64,000 nt of DNA from assembly GCA_965248355.1 (NCBI GenBank), contig OZ252098.1, forward strand, positions 3,776,001 to 3,840,000. The letters are read 5' to 3'. Under the pieces are notes generated by a model. It searched no databases. It saw only the letters and a program-made list of their open reading frames with translations, and had not been told where the DNA came from. The translations under genes were made by a program, and so were the position numbers. The stretch's first letter is position 1, and every line of letters starts with the position of its first letter. Source of the stretch: Candidatus Latescibacterota bacterium (GTDB taxonomy: Bacteria; Latescibacterota; UBA2968; UBA8231). Shown here in pieces: positions 56,652 to 64,000 of the stretch.

Positions 56652-59600
56652 ATGGAGTCCGGCCTTCTCCGCGTTCGCGGAGCCCGCGTCCACAACCTCA
56701 GGAACGTCGATCTCGAGCTGCCCAAGAACCGGCTGATCTGCTTCACGGGGGTCTCGGGCTCGGGGAAGTCGTCCATGGCCTTCGACACGATCTACGCCGA
56801 GGGCCAGCGCCGCTACGTGGCCTCCCTGTCCGCCTACGCCCGCCAGTTCCTGGGGCAGTTGGAGAAGCCCGACGTCGATCAGATCACCGGTCTGGCGCCG
56901 ACGATCTCCATCTCGCAGAAGGCGGGCGGCGCCAACCCGCGGTCCACCGTGGGCACGATCACCGAGATCTACGACTACCTGCGCGTCCTCTACGCCCGCT
57001 GCGGCACGCCCCACTGCGTGCGCTGCGGCGGCGAGATCGTGGCCCAGACGCGCGACCAGGTCGTCGGCCGCATCGCCGCCCTGCCCCCCGGCCGGCGCAT
57101 CCTTCTGCTGGCGCCCGTCGTCGACAACCGGCGCGGGGAGTACCAGGAGCTGTTCGAGGAGCTGCACCGCGATGGGTACCTGCGCGTGCGCGTCGACGGC
57201 CAGCTCTTCACCCTGGACGTCCCTCCCGAGCTGGACCGCTACAGCCGGCACTCGATCGAGGTGGTCGTCGACCGTCTGGTGATCCGGGAGGAGATGGGGG
57301 GCCGGCTCGACGAGGCCGTGGACGGGGCCCTGCGGCTCGGGTCGGGATCCCTGATCGTGGCCGACGGCGGGGACGGGTCCGGGGAACCGGGCCGGGAGCC
57401 GCTCGAAGACTGGTTCCTGAGCGCCAACTTCGACTGTCCGGCCTGCGGCATCTCCTATGCCGAGCCGACGCCGCAGATGTTCTCGTTCAACAACCCCTCC
57501 GGGATGTGCCCCGACTGCGACGGGCTGGGCACCAAGATGATCGTGAACGAGGGCCGGCTCGTTCCCGATGCCGCCAAGTCCCTTCGCGAAGGGGCGGTGG
57601 AGCCCCTCGGCGACATCGCCGCCAACCGTTGGCGGTACCACCTCTACGAAGGGGCGGCCAAGCACCTGGGATTCACCCTCGACACCGCCTGGGAAGAGCT
57701 GAGCAGCGGTCAGAAGGCGAGCTTCCTCCAGGGGATCGACGACCGCAAGATCCGGTTCGTCTACAGCGGCCGGAAGGGCCACTCCTGGACCCACGACGAC
57801 CGCTACGAGGGGGCCCTGAAGCTGATCGAGGAGCGGCTCCACCACGGCAATGCCAAGGTGCGCAGAGATCTCGGCCGCTACGTGCGCACCGGCCTTTGCC
57901 CCTCCTGCCACGGCGGGCGCCTGCGGGGCGAGGCCCTGGCCGTGCTCCTCGGCGGCAGCCCTCTGCCCGAGATCACGGCCCTGCCCATCGAGGCCAGCCG
58001 CCAGTTCTTCCACGGCCTGGAGCTGTCCGACGAGAAGGCCTTCATCGCCGAGGACGCCCTCAAGGAGATCCGGGGGCGCCTGGACCTGCTCGACGAGATC
58101 GGCCTCGGCTACCTGACCCTGGACCGCGGCGCCGACACCGTCTCGGGAGGGGAGTCGCAGCGCATCCGTCTGGCCAGCCAGATCGGCTCCGGACTGGTGG
58201 GCGTCCTCTACATCCTCGACGAGCCGTCCATCGGCCTCCATGCCCGCGACAACCAGCAGCTCCTCGACACCCTCAAGCGGCTGCGCGACGTGGGCAACAC
58301 GGTGATCGTCGTCGAGCACGACGAGGAGACCATGCGCCAGTGCGACCTCGTCGTCGACTTCGGCCCCGGGGCCGGAGACCGCGGAGGCCGCGTGTTGATC
58401 ACCGGCGCGCCGGAGGAGGTAGCCGCCGAGGAGAGCTCCCTCACCGGACGGTATCTGACCGGCCGGGAACGCATCGCCATCCCCTCCCGGCGGCGGCCGG
58501 CGCAAGATCGCTGGCTGACGGTGAAAGGGGCGCGGCACAACAATCTCCGGACGGGGGACGTGAAGATCCCGCTGGGGCTCTTCGCCTGTGTCACCGGCGT
58601 GTCCGGCTCGGGGAAGAGCTCCCTGGTCAACGACATCCTCTTCAAGGAGCTCGACAACCGCCTCCATCGGGCCCGGACCCAGCCGGGAGACCACGACGAT
58701 ATCGAGGGCGTCGAGCATCTGGACAAGGTGATCCGCATCGATCAGCGGCCCATCGGCCGCACCCCGCGTTCCAATCCCGCCACCTACACCGACCTGTTCA
58801 CGCCGATCCGCCAGCTCTTCGCGCAGCTGCCGGAGTCGCGCCTGCGCGGCTACAAGCAGGGCCGCTTCAGCTTCAACGTCCGCGGCGGGCGCTGCGAGGC
58901 CTGCGACGGCAACGGCGCCATCCTCGTGGAGATGGAGTTCCTGGCCGACGTCTGGGTGACCTGCGAAGCCTGCGCGGGCCAACGCTTCAACCGCGAGACC
59001 CTGGGCGTCCGCTACCGTGGCCGGTCGATCGCCGAGGTCCTGGACATGGAGGTGGGCGACGCCCTGGGCCTGTTCGAGAACATCCCCCAGATCCGGCGGA
59101 TCCTGCAGACCCTGCACGACGTGGGCCTCGGGTACATCCGCCTCGGGCAGCCGGCGCCCACCCTGTCAGGCGGCGAGGCCCAGCGCGTCAAGCTCTCGAA
59201 GGAGCTGTGCCGCCGCGGCACGGGGCGCACCCTGTACCTCCTCGACGAGCCGACCACGGGTCTGCACTTCGCCGATATCGACAAGCTCCTGGCCATCCTT
59301 CACCGGCTGGCCGAAGCCGGCAACACGGTGGTCGTCATCGAGCACAACATGGAGGTCATCAAGACGGCGGACTGGATCCTCGACATGGGTCCGGAGGGCG
59401 GCGCCGCGGGGGGGCTCGTCGTCGCCGAAGGTCAGCCGGAGGAGGTGGCAAAGGTCTCCGGATCGCACACGGGACGGACCCTGGCCGGGGTCCTGGATCC
59501 TGAGCCCCGCGCCGGGAGGCCGGTGACCGCGGAGCGAGGAGCGCGGGAGGAGGCGATTCGCGAGATCTCCGTGGTCGGGGCGAGCATGCACAACCTCCGC

Positions 59601-62375
59601 GACGTGAACGTGCGGATCCCGCGGGACCGAATGACCGTGGTCTCCGGCGTCAGCGGCTCGGGCAAGTCGACCCTCGCCTTCGACACCATCTACGCCGAGG
59701 GGCAGCGCCGCTACGTCGAATCCCTGTCGGCCTATGCGCGCCAGTTCCTCGACCAGATGCAGAAGCCGAAGGTGGAGCGCATATCCGGCCTGTCGCCGGC
59801 CATCGCCATCGAGCAGAAGAGCCCGAGCCGGAACCCGCGCTCCACGGTGGGCACGGTGACCGAGGTCTACGACTACGTGCGCGCCCTCTTCGCCACCCTC
59901 GGCGCCCAGTACTGCCCGCGCTGCGAGGTGGCCGCGGGCTCGCAGACCGTGGATCAGATGGTCGACCGGATCCTGGCCATGCCCCGGGGCCGGCGTCTGC
60001 TGCTGCTGGCGCCGATGGAGCCCACCCGCAACGAGGGCTACGAGACCCTGCTGCGCCACGCCCGCCAGGACGGCTATGCCCGCGCCCGCGTCGACGGCGA
60101 GTTGCGCGAGCTCTCCGCCGAGGTGGAGCTCGATCGCCGCCTGCGCCACCGGGTGGAGCTGGTGGTCGACCGCGCCGTCGTCTCCGCCGCCCAGCGGGGA
60201 CGCCTGGCCGAGTCGGTGGAGCGCGCTCTCGAGCTCTCCTCCGGGGAGCTGGTCGTCGCCGGGGCCGACGACGGCGAGGAGGTCCGCTACAGCCGCCGGT
60301 TCTCCTGCCCGGACTGCGGCCGCGGCTTTGCGCCGCTGGCCCCCCAGTCCTTCTCCTTCAACCATCACGACGGCATGTGCCCGGAGTGCGGCGGGCTCGG
60401 AACGGGAGAGGGCGTCGACCGCGAGGCCCTGCTGCCCGATCGCCGCCTGAGCGTCCGGGAGGGGGCGGTCGAGCTCTGGGGCCCGCTGGAGGGGGCATCG
60501 GCTTTCGCCCGGTACCTCGCGGCCGCGGCGGACACTCTCGGCTTCGATCTGGATACGCCGGTGGGCCAGATGTCCGCCGACGCGCGACGCGCCTTCTTCT
60601 ACGGGGGCTCGGTACCCGTGGAGCTGCCCGGCGGCGCATGGGCGCGCTACTCCGGGCTTCTGCCCACGGTGGACGAGATGGCGCGCCAGGTGCCGCGCTA
60701 CAAGTCGCTGCTCAAGGAGGTCGACTGCTCGGCCTGCGAGGGCAGCCGTCTGAAGCCGGAGAGCCGTGCCGTGCGCCTGCGCCAGGCCACCATCGTGGAC
60801 CTGCAGCGCCGGCCCATCGCCGAGTGCGCCTCCTTCTTCGACAATCTGGAGCTCGACGAGCGCGAGGCCGGCGTCGCCGGGGAGCTGCTGGCCGAGGTGC
60901 GCAGCCGCCTGAGGTTCCTCCACCGCGTCGGCCTGGGGTACGTCACCCTCGACCGGCGCGCCGCCACCCTGTCGGGGGGGGAGGCGCAGCGCATCCGCCT
61001 GGCCGGCCAGATCGGCTCCGGCCTCACCGGCGTCCTCTACCTTCTGGACGAGCCGACCATCGGCCTTCACCCGCGCGACAACCGCCGGCTGCTGCAGGCC
61101 CTCCAGGACCTGCGCGACCTGGGCAACACGGTGGTCGTCGTCGAGCATGACCGCGACACCCTGGAGCGAGCCGATCACATCGTCGACCTCGGACCGGGCG
61201 CCGGATCCGAGGGCGGGCGCGTCGTCGCCTCCGGCTCCCCCGACAAGCTCCGGTCCCTGAAGGGCCCCACGGCCGGGCAGCCCCCGGAGTCGAGCACCGC
61301 GGCCTATCTGCGCGGGCAGTTGAGCATCGACGTCCCGGGCCGGCGGCGCTCCCCCGGCGAGGCCAGCCTCATCGTCCGTGGAGCGCGCCAGAACAACCTG
61401 CAGAACATCGACGTGAGCATTCCGCTGGGGATCTTCACGGCCGTCACCGGCGTGTCGGGCTCTGGCAAGAGCTCCCTGGTGGAGGAGATCCTGTACGCCG
61501 GCCTGGCCGCCGAGCTGGACGGCTCCCAGCGCCAGCGCGGCGACTGCGACGGGATCGAGGGCGTCGAGCATATCGACAAGGTGATCAACATCGACCAGGC
61601 CCCGATCGGCCACTCGCCTCGGAGCACGCCGGCGACGGTGATGGGCGTCTTCGACCACGTGCGCCAGCTCTACGCCCGCCTGCCCGAGGCCCGCCTGCGG
61701 GGGTTCGCGGTGGGCCGCTTCAGCTTCAACCGCGCCGGCGGGCGCTGCGAGGCCTGCGAGGGGCTGGGCTCGCGCTGCATCGAGATGCACTTCCTCCCCG
61801 ACGTTTGGGTGCGCTGCGAGGCCTGCAAGGGCCGGCGCTACAACGCCGACGTGCTGGCCGTGACGTTCAGGGGGCATTCGATCTCCGACGTCCTCGAAAT
61901 GACCGTCGCTTCGGCGCGGTCCCTGTTCGCCAACATCGGCGCCCTGCGGGATCGGCTGCAGATCATGGAGGACGTGGGCCTGGGATACATGTCTCTCGGC
62001 CAGTCCTCGACGACGCTCTCGGGCGGGGAGGCTCAGCGGCTCAAGCTCGCCTCCGAGCTGGTGCGGCCGGGCACGGGGCGGACCGTCTACCTCATGGACG
62101 AGCCCACCACGGGACTGCACTTCGCGGACATTCAGCGCCTCCTGCAGGTCGTCCAACGCCTCGTGGAAGCCGGCAACACGTTGATCGTCGTCGAGCACAA
62201 CCTCGACATCATCAAGACCGCGGACTACGTCATCGACCTCGGGCCCGAAGGGGGCGCGGAGGGAGGCCTCGTCGTCGCCGCCGGAACACCGGAGGAGCTG
62301 GCCCGCGAGAAGGGCTCCCATACGGGCCGGTTCCTCCGGCCGTTGCTGCCCACCCCGCGGCGCCAGCGCGCCTGA
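56652..62375 (+). CDS. uvrA: Excinuclease ABC subunit A, double-length (two UvrA units fused)
   Basis: Two complete copies of HNLRxV...GVSGSGKS...EGQRRYV...SGGExQR...LDEP...GRFSFN, with four Walker A motifs. ATG at 56652. Confidence 0.95.
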   Translation: MESGLLRVRGARVHNLRNVDLELPKNRLICFTGVSGSGKSSMAFDTIYAEGQRRYVASLSAYARQFLGQLEKPDVDQITGLAPTISISQKAGGANPRSTVGTITEIYDYLRVLYARCGTPHCVRCGGEIVAQTRDQVVGRIAALPPGRRILLLAPVVDNRRGEYQELFEELHRDGYLRVRVDGQLFTLDVPPELDRYSRHSIEVVVDRLVIREEMGGRLDEAVDGALRLGSGSLIVADGGDGSGEPGREPLEDWFLSANFDCPACGISYAEPTPQMFSFNNPSGMCPDCDGLGTKMIVNEGRLVPDAAKSLREGAVEPLGDIAANRWRYHLYEGAAKHLGFTLDTAWEELSSGQKASFLQGIDDRKIRFVYSGRKGHSWTHDDRYEGALKLIEERLHHGNAKVRRDLGRYVRTGLCPSCHGGRLRGEALAVLLGGSPLPEITALPIEASRQFFHGLELSDEKAFIAEDALKEIRGRLDLLDEIGLGYLTLDRGADTVSGGESQRIRLASQIGSGLVGVLYILDEPSIGLHARDNQQLLDTLKRLRDVGNTVIVVEHDEETMRQCDLVVDFGPGAGDRGGRVLITGAPEEVAAEESSLTGRYLTGRERIAIPSRRRPAQDRWLTVKGARHNNLRTGDVKIPLGLFACVTGVSGSGKSSLVNDILFKELDNRLHRARTQPGDHDDIEGVEHLDKVIRIDQRPIGRTPRSNPATYTDLFTPIRQLFAQLPESRLRGYKQGRFSFNVRGGRCEACDGNGAILVEMEFLADVWVTCEACAGQRFNRETLGVRYRGRSIAEVLDMEVGDALGLFENIPQIRRILQTLHDVGLGYIRLGQPAPTLSGGEAQRVKLSKELCRRGTGRTLYLLDEPTTGLHFADIDKLLAILHRLAEAGNTVVVIEHNMEVIKTADWILDMGPEGGAAGGLVVAEGQPEEVAKVSGSHTGRTLAGVLDPEPRAGRPVTAERGAREEAIREISVVGASMHNLRDVNVRIPRDRMTVVSGVSGSGKSTLAFDTIYAEGQRRYVESLSAYARQFLDQMQKPKVERISGLSPAIAIEQKSPSRNPRSTVGTVTEVYDYVRALFATLGAQYCPRCEVAAGSQTVDQMVDRILAMPRGRRLLLLAPMEPTRNEGYETLLRHARQDGYARARVDGELRELSAEVELDRRLRHRVELVVDRAVVSAAQRGRLAESVERALELSSGELVVAGADDGEEVRYSRRFSCPDCGRGFAPLAPQSFSFNHHDGMCPECGGLGTGEGVDREALLPDRRLSVREGAVELWGPLEGASAFARYLAAAADTLGFDLDTPVGQMSADARRAFFYGGSVPVELPGGAWARYSGLLPTVDEMARQVPRYKSLLKEVDCSACEGSRLKPESRAVRLRQATIVDLQRRPIAECASFFDNLELDEREAGVAGELLAEVRSRLRFLHRVGLGYVTLDRRAATLSGGEAQRIRLAGQIGSGLTGVLYLLDEPTIGLHPRDNRRLLQALQDLRDLGNTVVVVEHDRDTLERADHIVDLGPGAGSEGGRVVASGSPDKLRSLKGPTAGQPPESSTAAYLRGQLSIDVPGRRRSPGEASLIVRGARQNNLQNIDVSIPLGIFTAVTGVSGSGKSSLVEEILYAGLAAELDGSQRQRGDCDGIEGVEHIDKVINIDQAPIGHSPRSTPATVMGVFDHVRQLYARLPEARLRGFAVGRFSFNRAGGRCEACEGLGSRCIEMHFLPDVWVRCEACKGRRYNADVLAVTFRGHSISDVLEMTVASARSLFANIGALRDRLQIMEDVGLGYMSLGQSSTTLSGGEAQRLKLASELVRPGTGRTVYLMDEPTTGLHFADIQRLLQVVQRLVEAGNTLIVVEHNLDIIKTADYVIDLGPEGGAEGGLVVAAGTPEELAREKGSHTGRFLRPLLPTPRRQRA

Positions 62376-62404
62376 CCCGTGAACCGCTCGCGCCGGTCCT
62401 CCCC

Positions 62405-63058
62405 ATGAGCCTGCTCAGCGTTCCCCACCGGGCCTTCTTCGGCTTCGCCTTTCCCTGCCGCTACCGGGAGGACCCGCCGGTGGTCGACGGGAACCTGGGC
62501 GACTGGGACTCGTCCTACCGGATCCCGCCCCTGCTGGAGGTCGACGGGGGTTCCAGCTTCGCCGATCTCTACATGGCCTGGAGCGACGCGGGCCTGTGGT
62601 TCGCCGCCCACGTGAAGGGCAAGCGGCGCTTCAAGGTCGATCCCCGCAACTACTGGCAGGCCGACTGCTTTGAGGTGTGGATCGATACCCGCGACGTGAA
62701 GGACAGCCACCGCGCCAACCGCTATTGCCACCACTTCCTCTTTCTGCCGGGAGGCAGCGGCCGGGACGGCAAGGAGCCGATCGGGCGTCAGACATCGATC
62801 GACAGGGCCCGGGAGCAGGCGCCCCCCTGCCCCGAGGAGGCCCTGCAGGTGGGACTGCGACGCCTGAAGCGGAGCTATCGGATGGAGGTCTTCGTGCCGG
62901 CGGAGGGTCTCAACGGCTTCCGCCCTCGAGAGTTCGACCGGATCGGCTTCAACTACGTGCTCAACGACGTCGATCACGGATCCCAGTCATGGTCCGTCGA
63001 TCGCGCGCCCCCCTTCTTCTCCGACCCCAGCCGCTGGGGCACCGCGGAGCTGCGCTGA
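62405..63058 (+). CDS. CBM9/DOMON-like domain protein without signal peptide
   Basis: PVVDGNLGDW, YMAWSDAGLWFA, DCFEVWIDT, IGFNYVLND and PSRWGT. ATG at 62405. Confidence 0.7.
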   Translation: MSLLSVPHRAFFGFAFPCRYREDPPVVDGNLGDWDSSYRIPPLLEVDGGSSFADLYMAWSDAGLWFAAHVKGKRRFKVDPRNYWQADCFEVWIDTRDVKDSHRANRYCHHFLFLPGGSGRDGKEPIGRQTSIDRAREQAPPCPEEALQVGLRRLKRSYRMEVFVPAEGLNGFRPREFDRIGFNYVLNDVDHGSQSWSVDRAPPFFSDPSRWGTAELR

Positions 63059-63119
63059 CGTCATTCACCTCCGGGTTCCTTTCCGAGCCTGAGGGCCACC
63101 CGTACCTTAAATCCTTCCC

Positions 63120-64000
63120 ATGACCCCACTACAATTGCACCGCGTTGGCGGCGGGGCGGTCTTCCTGATCACCCTCGGCCTGTACACCCAGACCATGGCT
63201 CCCTCCACCTCCTTCTGGGACACGGGCGAGTTCATTACCAGCTCCCATATCCTGGGGATTCCCCATCCACCCGGGTCGCCCCTGTACGTCCTCCTGGGCC
63301 GCGTCTTCAGCCTCTTCCCGGTGGGCACGGTAGCCAACCGGGTCGTCTTCATGTCCGTCCTGGCTTCGGCCCTGGCCGTCTGGTTCACCTACCAGAGCGC
63401 CGTGGCCCTCTCCCGGCGCGCCATGGGGGGCGAGGCGCTGCGCTCCTTCGGGGACGCGCGCGACTGGACCGCCACCCTTGGATCGGTCGTCGCCGCTCTG
63501 TGCCTGGCCACCTCCTACACCTTCTGGTTCAACGGCACCGAGGCCGAGGTCTACGCCTACTCGCTGTTCTTCGTCTGCGGAGGTCTGTGGCTGATCCTCT
63601 ACTGGGAGGGCACTCGCCACGGCGCCGGCAACGACCGCTGGCTGTTCTTCATCGCCTATTTCTTCGGTCTCGGGGGCGGCCTCCACCTCCTGTGTCTCCT
63701 GACCATCCCCAGTCTCGTGCTGCTGGCCTGGTTCGGCGACCGCCAGCTGAGGAGGGTCATCCTCATCCTGCTCGTCGCCGGACTCACCGGCGCCGTGGCC
63801 ATGAGCGCCTTCGCGCCGCAGCCGCCGACGGCGGAGCTGCTCGCCGTGGCCGCCGCCGCGGCGGCCATCGCCCTGTGTCTGTACGTCGGCCTGGCGCACC
63901 CGGAGTACCGCAACACCCTGGCGGTGATGGTCGTCATCGGCGTGGCCGTGGTCCTCGCCCGGGCCCTCGACTCGACCCCGGTCCTGATCTTCGTCCTCCT
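63120..64000 (+). CDS. DUF2723 / TMEM260-like membrane glycosyltransferase, N-terminal part (runs off the window edge)
   Basis: Not in the ORF track. Manual translation from ATG 63120 gives ...TMAPSTSFWDTGEFITSSHILGIPHPPGSPLYVLLGR...FWFNGTEAEVY. Confidence 0.88.
   Translation, partial: MTPLQLHRVGGGAVFLITLGLYTQTMAPSTSFWDTGEFITSSHILGIPHPPGSPLYVLLGRVFSLFPVGTVANRVVFMSVLASALAVWFTYQSAVALSRRAMGGEALRSFGDARDWTATLGSVVAALCLATSYTFWFNGTEAEVYAYSLFFVCGGLWLILYWEGTRHGAGNDRWLFFIAYFFGLGGGLHLLCLLTIPSLVLLAWFGDRQLRRVILILLVAGLTGAVAMSAFAPQPPTAELLAVAAAAAAIALCLYVGLAHPEYRNTLAVMVVIGVAVVLARALDSTPVLIFVL

Overview
High-GC (about 70%) bacterial chromosome segment. By inference it comes from the FCB superphylum, probably a Candidatus Latescibacterota-like organism: it has secreted proteins with YPNPFN C-terminal domains, PhyH dioxygenases, an LRR/PD40 remnant and DUF2723. 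In order, the window holds: (1) a minus-strand gene run, large TPR protein - sigma-54 activator - HtrA - M24 peptidase - variant cytochrome c maturation cluster (CxxxY CcmE, CcmF-CcmH fusion, two accessory genes, ccmABC); (2) a housekeeping run ispE - tRNA-Gln - rplY - pth - hppA - rpsF - DUF2232 - rplI that lacks prs, ssb and rpsR; (3) two decayed genes; (4) PhyH and Ldh2 enzymes; (5) gap - MntR-like regulator - symporter - methyltransferase - beta-helix protein; (6) a two-subunit NAD-linked formate dehydrogenase; (7) uncharacterised hydrolases and a low-GC beta-propeller gene; (8) ATP-dependent DNA ligase followed by a DUF1016-N/degenerate-thermonuclease fusion; (9) dgcN-dgcA followed by an Fe/2OG enzyme whose HxD motif reads HGG, as in halogenases; (10) a C2H2-finger protein; (11) an IS630 inserted into the shared CTAG stop codons of two convergent genes; (12) FIST, ThpR, a double-length UvrA, a CBM9-like protein and a partial DUF2723 gene. 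I saw no CRISPR array, rRNA or prophage. The best candidates for novelty are the HxG Fe/2OG enzyme behind dgcNA, the variant Ccm system with its accessory genes, and the ligase-linked DUF1016/dead-nuclease fusion. All functional calls come from motif recognition by eye, not database searches.
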